Below the pieces are notes generated by a model. It saw only the letters and a list, made by a program, of their open reading frames with translations. It did not search any database and had not been told where the DNA came from. Shown here piece by piece: positions 39,787-52,036 of a DNA stretch of 64,000 bases (the stretch's first letter is position 1; each line of letters opens with the position of its first letter). The translations under genes and the position numbers were made by a program. Origin of the DNA: Takakia lepidozioides (taxonomy: Eukaryota > Plantae > Bryophyta). Location: positions 20,274,001 to 20,338,000 of the forward strand of contig CM060733.1 of the NCBI GenBank assembly GCA_030704615.1. The letters are read 5' to 3'.

Positions 39787-40660
39787 ATGGAGCAGAGGTG
39801 GCACGAGTTTCAATTGTGGGAGAAACGCAATTGCAAGGTTAATGTACGATGTGAAGAAGTTTGTCCATCCTGCAACTGTTGGCTCTTCGTAGGTATCATG
39901 ATTTGGTAGTTTTCCTGGTGTTTACAAGGTCCTTGGGAGGGTCAGCTAATTGGTCTTGGGAGGCCGAGTTTAAATTTATGGCTGCTCAGCTGCACCCTGG
40001 TGGTTCTCCTCACAGGCCAATCCGAGTTCACCTGACTACAGGCACAAGCAGCACACACAAGAGGTCCTTTTGGGTTGATGGTCGGTTGAACCCTCCATGG
40101 TTGAAAGATAAGCTAGTTGCCATGACACAAGGTCAAGGACAATGCGGTGAGGGCACTTTCTTCTTCAACACATCTCAGCCTGTTTTGCCCTCTTATCGTA
40201 GTCGTCCCTATTTTTTCATGTTGAATTCTGCAAGTTAGCTCGTTGGGTGGATCTAGGGGGGTTTCGAGTGATTTTGACATGTTACTGCCAATGTGGCAAC
40301 AGGAAAGTACCCAAAAACAGATGGCATAGACAAGGAAAAGCTTTGGAAGGAACATCTTTCCGACCCCAGTCAATGGTGGGACAATCACGGCGAAAAGCTG
40401 TATGCCTGTTAGATTACAGAGAGAAGCAGACGCAATTCAGGACAGGAACTAGTGTGTTATGAGTAGGGTTGGTGTGTTTGCTAGAACAAATCTAGACCGT
40501 CATTGTCAGCTGCTAGCAGCAAGGTGAGGATGCATGCATGATTTGTGCAGAGGCAGGGATAGCTGAAGGAGCAGGGATAGAATGTGGGTCCAGATTCATC
40601 CCAGAGGACTGAATTTCAAGCACAGGATTACCTATGATTCCCTGTGGATCGAGAGCTACA
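39787..40660 (+). pseudogene. Degenerate exons encoding two OSB-type PDF motifs, 5' of the PPR ORF
   Basis: MEQRWHEFQLWEKRNCK|ANPSSPDYRHK..EVL/WVDGRLNPPWLKDKL and KEKLWKEHLSDPSQWWDNHGEK|IHPRGLNFKHRITYDSLWIES, each split by an intron. Frameshifts and a damaged donor site are present. Confidence 0.7.
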
Positions 40661-43189
40661 AGTCAACTGGAAGCAGCAGCAGCACAGTTGATAAAATCAC
40701 GCACCTTGACCATGACCACAGCTTGCGAAAGAGGACCAAGAGAGGGAGTCCAAAGTGCCTCTTCTGGCACTTCTGGGCATGTGAGGATGCTATGTGAGGC
40801 AGGGCGACTGAAAGAGGCTCTGCAGACTTTAAACCAAGGAGGCATTTCAGCAGATTCAGATACTTATGTCTGTCTCTTGCATAAGTGCATCAAGATGAAA
40901 GGCGTGGAAGCTGGAAAGCAGGTGCATGCTCACATCATCCAAAGTGGATTCAAGCCAAACATTTTCCTACACAACACACTTGTCAACATGTATGTGAAGT
41001 GCGGGAGCATCATGGATGCTCACCAAGTGTTCAACAGAATGCCTCAACGAAGTTTGATCACGTGGAATATAATGATGGCAGGATTTACCAAGCATGGGTG
41101 TGATAGGAATGCTTTGGACACCTATGAGCAAATGATGCGGGAAGGGGTGAAGCCCAACCACATCACGTTTGTTTGCGTTTGCAATGCATGTGCGAGCCTG
41201 GCAGCCCTGGAAAAGGGCAAAGAGGTCCATGGTGACATCGTCAAAGCTGGAATTGTACCAGATGTCATTCTGAACAGCACCCTTGTGGACATGTATGCCA
41301 AATGTGGGTGCATCGAGGATGCAAAGGGAGTGTTCGACAATATGGCTGAACGAAATGTGGTGTCGTGGAGTACGATGATCGCAGGATATGTACAGCAAGG
41401 GCGTGGGATGGAGGCTTTGGAGACCTACGAGCAAATGGTGCGGGAAGAGGTGAAGCCCAATCACATCACGTTTGTTTGCGTTTGCAATGCATGTGCGAGC
41501 CTGGCAGCCCTGGTAAAGGGCAAAGAGGTCCATGGTGACATCGTCAAAGCTGGAATTGTACCAGATGTTGTTCTGAACACTGCTCTGATGAACATGTATG
41601 CCAAATGTGGGAGCATTGAGGATGCAAAGGGTGTGTTCGACAATATGGCTGAAAGAGATGTGGTGTCTTGGACCACAATGATTGCAGGATATGCACAGCA
41701 GGGGCGCAGGATGGAGGCTTTGGAGACCTATGAGCAAATGATGAGGGAAGGGGTGCAGCCCGACCAGATCACATTTGTTTGCGTTTGCAATGCGTGTGCA
41801 AGCCTGGGAGCCCTGGAAAAGGGCAAGGAGGTCCATGGTGACATCGTCAAAGCTGGAATTGTACCAGGTGTCATTCTGAATAGTACCCTCGTGGACATGT
41901 ATGCTAAATGTGGGTGCATCGAGGATGCAAAGGGAGTGTTTGACAATATGGCTGAACGGGATGTGGTGTCTTGGAGCGCAATGATCGCAGGATATGCACA
42001 CCAGGGGCGCGGGATGGAGGCTTTGGAGACCTATGAGCAAATGGTGCAGGAAGGGGTGAAGCCCAACCACATCACATTTGTTTGTGTTTGCAATGCTTGT
42101 GCTAGCCTGGCAGCCCTGGAAAAGGGCAAAGAGGTTCATAGTGAAAGCGTCAAAGCTGGAATTGTACCAAATGTCATTCTGAACAATACCCTTGTGGACA
42201 TGTATGCCAAATGTGGGTGCATTGAGGACGCAAAGGGAGTGTTTGACAATATGGCTGAACGAGATGTGGTGTCCTGGAACGCAATGATCGCAGGATATGC
42301 CCAACATGGTTGCCATAGGGTGGCCCTGCAACTATTTGAAGGAATGCAAATGGAAGGCTTGATGCCGGACAGTATCACATTTATATGTCTTCTCTCTGCA
42401 TGCAGCCACGTTGGCCTACTGTATGAAGGAAGACGATACTTTCATTCCATGAGTCAAGATCATGGTCTCACTCCGACACTAAAGCACTTTGGTTGCATGG
42501 TGGACCTTCTTGGACGTGCGGGGCAATTGGATGAGGCAGAGGACCTCATTAAGAAAATGCCAATCAAACCAGATGCTTTGGTGTGGAAGGCCTTGCTTGG
42601 TGCCTGCAGAATCCATGGCAATGTGGAGATGGCTGAACGTGCAGCAACATCTATTCTCAAGTGGGATGAACAGGATGCCGCGACGTATGTGTTGCTATCA
42701 AACATCTATGCCACAGCTGGCAGGTGGGACGATACTGCAAAGGTGAGAAACATGATGAAGGTCAGAGGGGTTAGAAAGGAGCCAGGTCGATGCTGCATTC
42801 AGGTGGGCAACAGGGTGCACACCTTTGTTGTAGATGACAAATTGCATCCCAAAATTAAGGAAATTCATGCTGAGCTGAGAAGATTGTCTGGGCAGTTGAA
42901 GGAGGGAGGGTATGTGCCTGCCACTTGCTTTGTACTGCATGATGTCAGGGAGGAGCATAAGGATTTTTCTCTTTGCCACCACAGTGAGAAGCTGGCCATT
43001 GGTTTTGGGCTGATCAGCACAGCCCCTAGGACGCCTCTTCGTCTCATCAAGAATCTTCGGATGTGTTGCGACTGCCACACCTCCACCAAGTTCATTTCAA
43101 AGATTGTTGGCCGAGCAATTGTTGTACGGGACGCTAACCGCTTTCACCACTTTGAAGATGGGGTTTGTTCTTGTGAGGATTACTGGTGA
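40634..43189 (+). CDS. PLS-class PPR-E1-E2-DYW protein, putative organellar C-to-U RNA editing factor
   Basis: 17 P/L/S motifs, E1/E2, PG box KEPGR, deaminase signature HSEKLA...CCDCH, terminal DYW. Intact 851-aa ORF. Confidence 0.96.
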   Translation: MIPCGSRATSQLEAAAAQLIKSRTLTMTTACERGPREGVQSASSGTSGHVRMLCEAGRLKEALQTLNQGGISADSDTYVCLLHKCIKMKGVEAGKQVHAHIIQSGFKPNIFLHNTLVNMYVKCGSIMDAHQVFNRMPQRSLITWNIMMAGFTKHGCDRNALDTYEQMMREGVKPNHITFVCVCNACASLAALEKGKEVHGDIVKAGIVPDVILNSTLVDMYAKCGCIEDAKGVFDNMAERNVVSWSTMIAGYVQQGRGMEALETYEQMVREEVKPNHITFVCVCNACASLAALVKGKEVHGDIVKAGIVPDVVLNTALMNMYAKCGSIEDAKGVFDNMAERDVVSWTTMIAGYAQQGRRMEALETYEQMMREGVQPDQITFVCVCNACASLGALEKGKEVHGDIVKAGIVPGVILNSTLVDMYAKCGCIEDAKGVFDNMAERDVVSWSAMIAGYAHQGRGMEALETYEQMVQEGVKPNHITFVCVCNACASLAALEKGKEVHSESVKAGIVPNVILNNTLVDMYAKCGCIEDAKGVFDNMAERDVVSWNAMIAGYAQHGCHRVALQLFEGMQMEGLMPDSITFICLLSACSHVGLLYEGRRYFHSMSQDHGLTPTLKHFGCMVDLLGRAGQLDEAEDLIKKMPIKPDALVWKALLGACRIHGNVEMAERAATSILKWDEQDAATYVLLSNIYATAGRWDDTAKVRNMMKVRGVRKEPGRCCIQVGNRVHTFVVDDKLHPKIKEIHAELRRLSGQLKEGGYVPATCFVLHDVREEHKDFSLCHHSEKLAIGFGLISTAPRTPLRLIKNLRMCCDCHTSTKFISKIVGRAIVVRDANRFHHFEDGVCSCEDYW

Positions 43190-45422
43190 AACAATGCTGT
43201 TGTGGAAAGGTGCAAGTGTGTAGGGTTTAGCTACTCAGTTCATCCACCATTTTCTGAGAATATTGACCATGATGTACTGTTCAGAGCATTTCCTGTGGCA
43301 TATCTACAGGAAATGATAGTGGTGTGTACCCAGCATAGGTGGGAAGTCAGTCCATAATTTTGACTGGAGTAGGTAACGAGTGAAGGGGGGATTTTGACTG
43401 GAAGTGGAAGGAAATCAGAATGCTGTCCTAATTCTGGTGTGGGTGGTGGAGCTGAGCTTCTTCAAAGCTTGGAGATGGAAGTGAATACGATTCATAATGA
43501 GCTTGATTAGTGGGGCAGCCCTGTGCACAAGTTTGTTGAGCATCTTGAATTTGGACATGTTTGTATGTCTCCGTGGTGGTGCTTCAGATAGAATGTACCC
43601 ATAAGACGTTGTTTGCCGTAGCCTTGTGGCCATTGACCCCATTGTAGCCGTAGCCTAGAGCCCTTGACTAAGTTGCATGAATGCACTTTTAGAAAAGTGA
43701 ACCTCTTTCTCTCTATCTCTTGCTTCCAGTAACCATTCAATACTTCAAATTTGGGACCCAAAAACTTCTGGGTGAAACTTTGTTCCATCATGTCGGCTGA
43801 ATTAATCTCAGTAAAATTACACCAAACTAGGGGATATGTGAATATTGAGAGGAAGATGCCGACTGCTCCTTCTTTGGCTGTGGGGCATTGTCATCACAAG
43901 AACCACCTTGCTATCCCTAGGTCCTCCCCCTGTTGACCTGAAATTCCATCAGGTAAGCTCCCTGAAAATACAAAGGGAAAAATCCATAGGTTTTTATGAT
44001 CCTGGGGAATGGTCCTAGACTCCAGACACACCCCTTCTGTTGGGTACAAAGCCAAATTGGGTTATGGCCTGCTTCGGCCCCCTTGGTCCAGGACCAGAAT
44101 TTGAAACAAGAATTGGGATTTGCACATTGACCTGCCTACTTGGAAGCTGATCTGGAGGGAGGTCTGGGCATAGAGAGAGAGAGTGGCCAAACTGAGTGCC
44201 CCAGTTTTCCTTTGGAAACTGGTCAACAGGATTTCTACCAGTGGATTCTCCTAGAGGAGCTGCCCCCTCCCTCTGTTCCCTTAGTACTCTCAGCATGGCA
44301 GAAACAATTGAGCATGGCCTCATTCACTGTCCATTGGGCTGCCAGTGTCTGGAGGAAGGTTCTTCCTTTACATGCTCATTGGCACCCACCTGTCTGACTT
44401 CCACATGCTGCCCAAGTAGCAGTGTGTTACAAGGTTGATTGGCTGGACTTCAATGTAGTTACTTTCCATCCAACATTTCTTTTGAGGTGGTTTCTAGAAC
44501 CTCCGATGCTAAAATGCATCCAGTAAAGATGTGCTCTAGACCAACTCACCAAATACAATAAGGTGTTGCAAATCCACACACCCATGCATGAAGTTTGACA
44601 TCACAGCAACACATGCTGGGAAGGCAGTTGTACCACAAGCCCTACCAATGCAGCAACTGACCAACAAACCCAACCATTCTCCGTGGTAATGGGAAACTGG
44701 GAAGTATAGGCCAAGAGGTACTCTTTTGAACTAGGCACTAGGGCCATTGTCAATAGTCCTGAGTCCTGACCACTGGGTTCATGCAGCCACCCAAAAATAT
44801 AGATTCATTCTGTGGCCTTCATGGACTTAGTCATCCAAATGGTGGTATGATAAACTTTGCAACAAACACTAGATTACTACAGGAGTTGCTTAGTGCCACT
44901 TTTGCAAATTTCAGCATTGATGGTCTTTGTTTTGGACATCACTATAACGCCACCACAAAACACAGGAGGAAATATGAGCTGAAACCTCCAATCAACGCAC
45001 TACATAAATACCGTCACATAAGACAATGAACAGATGAGCTTAAAAAATGGAACAAAATGGTAATCACACTGTCAAGAGTACGAAAATGTTGTGGCTGCCA
45101 CCCGCCGAACTGTGTTACTCAGAATAGAGATTTAATCCAAATCATTTGGTGATGACACTCTTTCAACCAGCCAATACTAATTGCTCAGGACCTCCTTGCA
45201 CCTCGCACCAAACCTGCCACACGTCCAATCTTCAGTAGGAAAATACGTACATCTTTGTCCACATGTAACACATGTTCTGGGGAGGAAACGGCAGATATCA
45301 ATATGAAAAGACGTGAAATGTAACAAGCGATGGCCATTGAAGGAGCATCATTTCACTTTGCTCACCTGGAAAACGAAAACAAGGAGCAAGAAAGTCGGTG
45401 CCCAAGGAAGTAGAAGAGGGAG

Positions 45423-46137
45423 TCATTGCTGCAAGCTCTGGAAGCGACGAAGAATAAGGCTACTAGTTTCCAGAAAGCGTTGGGCACAGTTGGTGAGACA
45501 CGACGTCTCACTGGAACTAAACTTGCTGCCGGGAGTGCTCGTAATGCATTTGTCCCAGCATACGTCCGTCAGCTTGCCCACTAGCTCATTCAACACCGCC
45601 TTTTGCTTCTCTTGCTGTTCTCCAAATGCAACATCAAACTTCCAATGTCAAACCAAACAGAAAACCTAAAAGTGGATTTTATGTCAATCAGCCACCCGTT
45701 CTGAGATGTTCCATACTACCGGGCGAAGAAGGATGCCATCACTCAACACATTCCCTTCCTTCAACAACTACAATATCTCTGACGACACTTCTCAACCCAG
45801 GAGTAACCCACAGAAGCAAAACTCAGAAAAAAAAAAGGTTCACAGAAATATCAGTATGGGGCAGCCACCATTGATGTAATCCAGATCGTACTTCTGACTA
45901 AAAGCCCGCATCTTTCATCTGCAACAATAGTCTTCAACCTTAAGTAGACAACCGCAGATATTGAAATGACTAGACGCAAGGTCTCAAAAATTTCCATTAC
46001 CCTTCCGCAAGAATAGATCGATCATGTTACTGTTGCTATGACCCAGACAATTTCAACAGCGGAAACGAGACACAGTCTTTAGCGAAGAAGAATCAGACCT
46101 CCAGGAAGTGCTGAAGCTCTGATGATGTTGGATCCAT
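45423..46137 (-). CDS. TIM8: Mitochondrial intermembrane-space chaperone TIM8 (76 aa); exons 46137-46099, 45614-45423
   Basis: MDPTSSELQHFLE|QEKQKAVLNELVGKLTDVCWDKCITSTPGSKFSSSETSCLTNCAQRFLETS... with twin CX3C. GT-AG intron. Not in the ORF track. Confidence 0.94.
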
Positions 46138-46405
46138 GGCCACGGCTGCCCAAGATACACCAAGCAAATCTGTGGTTTAAGCAAGAAGGAATCGAGCCTG
46201 CCCACAACCCACAAAATCGAAGGAGAAGACAAGTCTCTGATTTATATTTCAATCTCCTGTTTGCCCTAATTCGTCCGTAATGTTGCTTTTGGCGGCGAGG
46301 GTTCGATGTTCGATCCGAGCCTTGGGCAATCCTACTGAGAATCCGTCAAGGCAGTCTTCTTCCCGATCTGTATTGGTGTGTGTAGATCTCTGGAGCTGGT
46401 GGGCG

Positions 46406-49400
46406 ATGGCAAGGCTGAAGGAGACGTATGCAAGTGTGCCCAGTACAGAGAGGGGGCGGGGCATTCTGGTAGCGGGCGATGCAAAGACCAACTCCATAGC
46501 TTACTGTAATGGGCGATCTGTCATCATTCGCAGTCTGGTTGATCCCATGCAAGTGGATGTGTATCAGGAGCATGCCTATCCTGCAACGGTGGCTCGATTT
46601 TCTCCGAATGGAGAGTGGGTTGCATCAGGGGATACGTCGGGGACGGTCCGGATCTGGGCGAGGAGGAATGACCATATTCTGAAGTTTGAGATCCGGGCAC
46701 TCTCGGGAAGCATTGATGATTTGGATTGGTCTCCTGATGGCCAGCGCATTGTGGTGTGTGGCGATGGAAAAGGATCTTCCTTCGTCAAAGCATTTCTGTA
46801 TGCATCTTTGGCCCTCTTTCTTCTCTCTCTGTGTCGGTCTTGTTTCTTTAGTCAGATCGCCGATGTAATTTACATTGTGCCAATCGTTTTAGTTGTTGGA
46901 TGCAGGATGTTCTTCCAAGTGACAAAATGTTTGCATATTGGCTGTAATCTTGGGCGGAAGCCATTGCATGACTCGAAAGAGCAGGGTTTAAGCTTAATCC
47001 TGCATACTCGTGAAATTTTCGGCACTATTGATCCTACCCTTATGTGGTAGTTAGATCAAATCGCTACCAGAGAGAATCCAGGTTAAGAAGCTCAAACTTG
47101 AGTTGTGGGCGACCTGTTCTCTCTGTAGGTGGGATTCCGGGTCAACTGTGGGTGAGTTTGATGGCCATTCAAAGCGCGTCCTGAGCTGTTCGTTCAAACC
47201 CACACGACCGTATCGGATTGTAACATGTGGGGAAGATTTTTTGGTGAATTACTACGAAGGTCCCCCTTTTCGATTCAAGACATCTCACAGGCATGTTGGT
47301 ACTTGGGTATGGTGGGTCCTACTATGTTCCTGATCTGGGTGCACAGAGAAGAGGGATAAAGAACAGAAGAAATGAAGTCATGAAGGTGTGCCTATTTTAT
47401 CTCTTTCTTATCTACGCACATTTTCCATGAATGCATTATGTTGAAGTCTGGACACCATGTAGTTGTCCGACTCTGGAAGTAGATGGGAAACAGGCAGCTA
47501 GCTGTGGCACTACCTGATATCTGGGGGTTGGAAGGTCATACTTCGTCTGCCTGAACCACCATTCTCCTTTCCTCATCCTCATGGACCAATAAACCCAACT
47601 TGTCACGCAGAGTACTGTTGTGTGCTGGTCAAGGTGGCAAAGTGAATACTGATCAGTTTACTGGTTTGGAGTGCAGAGAACACTTTAATTTTGTGAATTG
47701 CACGCGATTCTCTCCGGATGGAAGCAAGTTTGTGACGGTTGGCTCCGACAAGAAGGGCTTTCTTTTCAGCGGAAAAAGTGGTGAAAAGCTGGGTGATCTG
47801 ACGGCCCAAGGTGGGCACACTGGCAGCATCTATGCTGCCAGCTGGAGTCCAAATGGAAAGCAGGTGAAAGGCAACATCGCTTTCAGCAGTCATTTGTTTG
47901 GAAGCTTCCGTTTGTGAATCCTTATGTCAACTCCAGTTCAGGTTGTGCCTGTTGACATATTGAAGAGGTAGACAGTCATGTTTACTATTTTGTATAGCTT
48001 TCTGTTTATGAAAGTTTTTGGAGTAACCTAGGGTGTAGGTTGTGGTTTCATAAGGGCTTTCACTGTATAGGTGATGGCTTGAGAATCAGTGCTAAACCAC
48101 CTGGGTAGAAGGTTCTGTCCCCAGTGGCTTACAGTCTCTGCCTCCAATTTCAGGAGTATCAATTCGAACTTGGAAAGGATTAAAATCCATTACAGCTGGG
48201 GGTGTGGGCTTGCATATCTTACTGCCATTGCTACCATGGACTATTATATTTCTGCATTGATCTCATATGATACAAACCAATCCAGTACTGTTATGGTTGC
48301 CCTCTAACTCGGGATGTGACACTTGGCCTTGTCTCTCATATGTATCTCTCTGTTCTGGTCCCACAATGTGAGGTGCTACAAGCCTTGCTGCTAAGACTGG
48401 AGGGGTGTGACATGTGCACAGGTGCTTACTGTTTCAGCCGATAAAACTGCCAGGGTATGGGACATTTCTGAAGAAGGGTCAGGAAAAGTGAATACCACTT
48501 TCCCCTTTTCCCAGATTGGTGGGGCTGAGGACATGCAAGTTGGTTGCCTGTGGCTGGGTGAATATCTCATCACAGTTTCTCTGGGGGGCATTATAAGCTA
48601 TCTCTCCATAAATAATCCAAGCCAACCGTCCATAGTCTTGTCCGGGCACCTGAAGAACATCACGGCTATTGCAGTTGCCACAGAGGGAGGAACTGCCGAG
48701 CTATACTCCAGCAGTTATGATGGAGTCATCATTCGGTGGAAGGTGGGGGCTGGGTATGCTGGGCGCTTGGAAAAGAGAGGGGGTCTCAACAGCACAAGTC
48801 ATGTCCTAGTCAGGAGCGGTGAGCTTATCACTTGTGGCCTTGACAACAAGGTGTGCACCTAGCCCCTTCAAGAGAAAGGGGTGACATGTATAACACATTG
48901 TGATTAACCAAAATTGGAGTATAAAAGCATAGCAGGCTGTTGTTCATGTTATTGGCCCTGGCTGTCTTATGTAGGATTGTTCTACCTCTCTATTAGTTAC
49001 ATATGCATCTATTACTTCGGCAGAGTTGTTAATGTTAGTTCAGCCTTCGCAGATATGCACCATAGGGCAGATGTCCTGAGATGTGACTATTGGGCTTTTG
49101 CTGATACCTCTCTTCTTTTGTGGATACATATGACCTGCCATCTTCTGCCCTGGTTGTAGTGTTGCAATATGGAGGCTCTCTATACACCATCAGGGTATCA
49201 AAGAAAAGTATTATGTCACGCTGCTACCAAGTGCAGGGTTATCCTCATATTGCATTGGCAATCTTACTAGGAAGCTCGCCTTCACTGTTGAAGTCCTCAG
49301 TGTGATGGTTATGTACGCATGATTGAAGCTGGGCAATTTCTCACGACCACCCTATGTTGGTGCATATATGGACATGGGTTTGTAAGTTTCGCTTAGTGCA

Positions 49401-50500
49401 ATGTATATGTTGCTCTCAATGTTTCAAGAGTTTACAAGCCTTTTTTAATCCCTGATTTGCTTGTATAATCTGTGCAGTTATTGCGAACTGTTTTACCAGG
49501 AGACTCATATGGAGGAGCTGAGCCGATAGACCTAGGGATTTTACCTAGGGACCTAGACGTCGCATTGAACTCTGGCGAAGTTGCTGTGGTGCCTACGGAC
49601 AAAGGGGTCATTCTTGTTCGTGGATCTGCAGTTGCATCAACAACTGATGTTGGCTTTGCTGCGGTAGCTGCAGCAATCTCCCCGGATGGAACAGAGGTCA
49701 TTGTCGGCAGTCCGGATGGGAAACTGTATGTGTATGCTGTCAAAGGAGACACTATGACGCAAGAGGCTGTTCTTGAGAAGCATCGTGGATCTATTACAAC
49801 TGTACGATATTCTCCTGATGGGTCCATGATTGCTTCTGGCGATCAAAATCGGGAGGCAGTGGTTTGGGACCGCATAACCAGAGAGGTAACACCTTGATGT
49901 CGAAAAGAATATGTCGCACCACAAATCCTGGTTAAGTTGTAATGAACTTTTTGTCTTTGGAAAGAATTCTTGAAAATCCATTGAAAGTTTGCAGTAGCTG
50001 TCAATCTATCTATCCTGTGTATTTCCAAAGGATTTTCAAATGTTTGATGGTTTTGAGTTACTGGAATCTGTCTGTAATGCCAGTTTCGGATTCTTTTTCT
50101 TTCCCTAGTCTGCTGATGTCAAAGCTGGCCAGCAGGTAATCAGTGTACAATCAGTCTCCCATCTGATCCCAACTGCTGCTAAACTCCTAAATTTTAACTT
50201 CTAAACCATCTAATTCAAAGTCTTTTGCTTGCACATTGCTATGAGCAGGTGAAGGTGAAGAACATGCTGTACCACACCGCGCGTATTAACACTCTGGCAT
50301 GGTCACCTGACAGTCTAAAAGTGGCAACATCTTCCGTTGATAGCTGTATCTATGTGTATGATGTCACCAAACCTGCCTCTACCCGCACAACTATTAAGAA
50401 TGCGCACTTGGGGGCAGTATTGGCCCTTGCTTTCACAGACCCCCACACTTTAGCCAGTGGAGGTGATGATGCATGTGTACGCTTGTGGACTCTTCCTTGA
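46406..50500 (+). CDS. AIP1: Actin-interacting protein 1 (WDR1), 609 aa; exons 46406-46797, 47129-47290, 47677-47863, 48422-48850, 49478-49885, 50249-50500
   Basis: [16 protein letters not shown]...[22 protein letters not shown]...[20 protein letters not shown]...[10 protein letters not shown]. Exons sum to 1830 nt. Confidence 0.95.
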
Positions 50501-51223
50501 TTTGACCAACGGTAGTGTCTCCCTGTCCCCCGCAAGATAGGTGTAGATTTGATTCTAATGTGACGCCTGTTGCTCCTGAGGAGGGAATCATCCCTGCAAG
50601 TATCCTATACAGGTTACTCTCATGGCAGCCTTTCTTTGTGATTGCAAAGACTGAGCAACCGCAAGGGTACAAAGATTGTGCAGATACAGGACTCTTAGTA
50701 CTGTAAAATTGACTGTCTAATATTTTTGGTGGGTTTTGGAGCATCAGTCAATGTCAATATTCAACACTTGATTCTATTTTTGGTATATGAGCTTGGAAAG
50801 TGAGCTTGCAATGGCAGATTGGAATCAAGGACTGGGATGTATGAAAAGCTTTCTTGTACTGGTTTCTTGTCGTGTTGAAGACTGTATACTGGCCTTCAGC
50901 TGAGTGCAAGTGGAAAGATTCCTTAGCTCGAATGAAGCAGTTAGTATGCGGGCTAATCTCAACAGGATGTCACTAAGTTAAACAATGGAACTATGTTAAT
51001 GGCGTTTGATCTGTACAGTAGGACTGGAGTGTGGACAGATCATGTGTAATTTGCTAGGAATTGCTCTCAAAGCCAACAGGCATTTGCCTTGCACATTCAG
51101 AAGGGGCCAGTAGTCATCTTCATGAAGGAAAACCATGTTGCAACATGGCCCATGGTCTTGGGATTGCAGGCGGGGTACCGAACAGAAGAAGGGTGTAATT
51201 ACTGCGTGTTAGAGAGTGACAAC

Positions 51224-51506
51224 GTGTATTGGACAAGGAATCGGGATCTCTAGGATCCCCGCCCATCCACACCTGTCAAATTGCATTGACATTAATGTGT
51301 TCCCCCCCTCGCCTTCCTCATTTATTGCCAGGAGAGCTTCAGCCTGGAGAATGTCACTCCCTTTTGACAGTTCAAATTGGCTTGCAAGTTAGCGTACCAT
51401 TCTCTAGGCAGTGACATTCTCCAGGCAGTGATCCCTCCGTTCGTACAAGTGATCCCTCCGATCCCTCCGGCTCCAATACAAGTGATCCCTCCACGAGTGA
51501 TCCCTG
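51224..51506. repeat. Degenerate MITE-like element with internal inverted and tandem repeats
   Basis: TGTATTGGA/TCCAATACA ends. Internal IR GCCTGGAGAATGTCACT / AGTGACATTCTCCAGGC. GTGATCCCTCC is repeated about 4 times. Confidence 0.45.
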
Positions 51507-52036
51507 AGGAACTTCTTCATTCACCTTGTATAATTAGTTGTTGTCATTATTATTAAGCAATTACCTCCATGATCCGTGCCTTCTCATTATGTAACTATAA
51601 CATACCCATTTTTCCCATGCCTATGTCTCCATGTCCTCATGCAACTTACATTCTCTCTCCTTATTTCACAACATGGCAAAGTGAAAAAGTCGTTAGTGTG
51701 TTCTCATTGAATGTGTTTGCAAACAAAAAAGTTCTAATACAAAATGTTGTTGAGCAGCTGCAGAGTGCTTTATTTCCCAAAGTACAGCCTCCAGGTGTGG
51801 CTTATGTGAATTTCTGAACTTCAACCACAAACCCAACTTGTAGTATTAGTCTAGGATTTCCCAAGATTCTAGAACTGAAATAGGACTAAAAAACGAAGCA
51901 GCAGCAGCACACACCACCGCCTTGAAAATCTTCGATCTGATCTAGCAATGTGTGTGCCAAGCCAACAGTCACTTGCAAGGATCACGTCTATTGTAGAACA
52001 GCTAACACTAATCTAACGCTAACACTTCGCATCATC

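Noticed and set aside
40967-42331. 454-aa antisense ORF
   Set aside because: It is the shadow of the repetitive PPR coding strand.
43900-44800. Another PPR-leader remnant on the minus strand
   Set aside because: Similarity to 8.0-8.8 kb is weak and cannot be aligned by eye.
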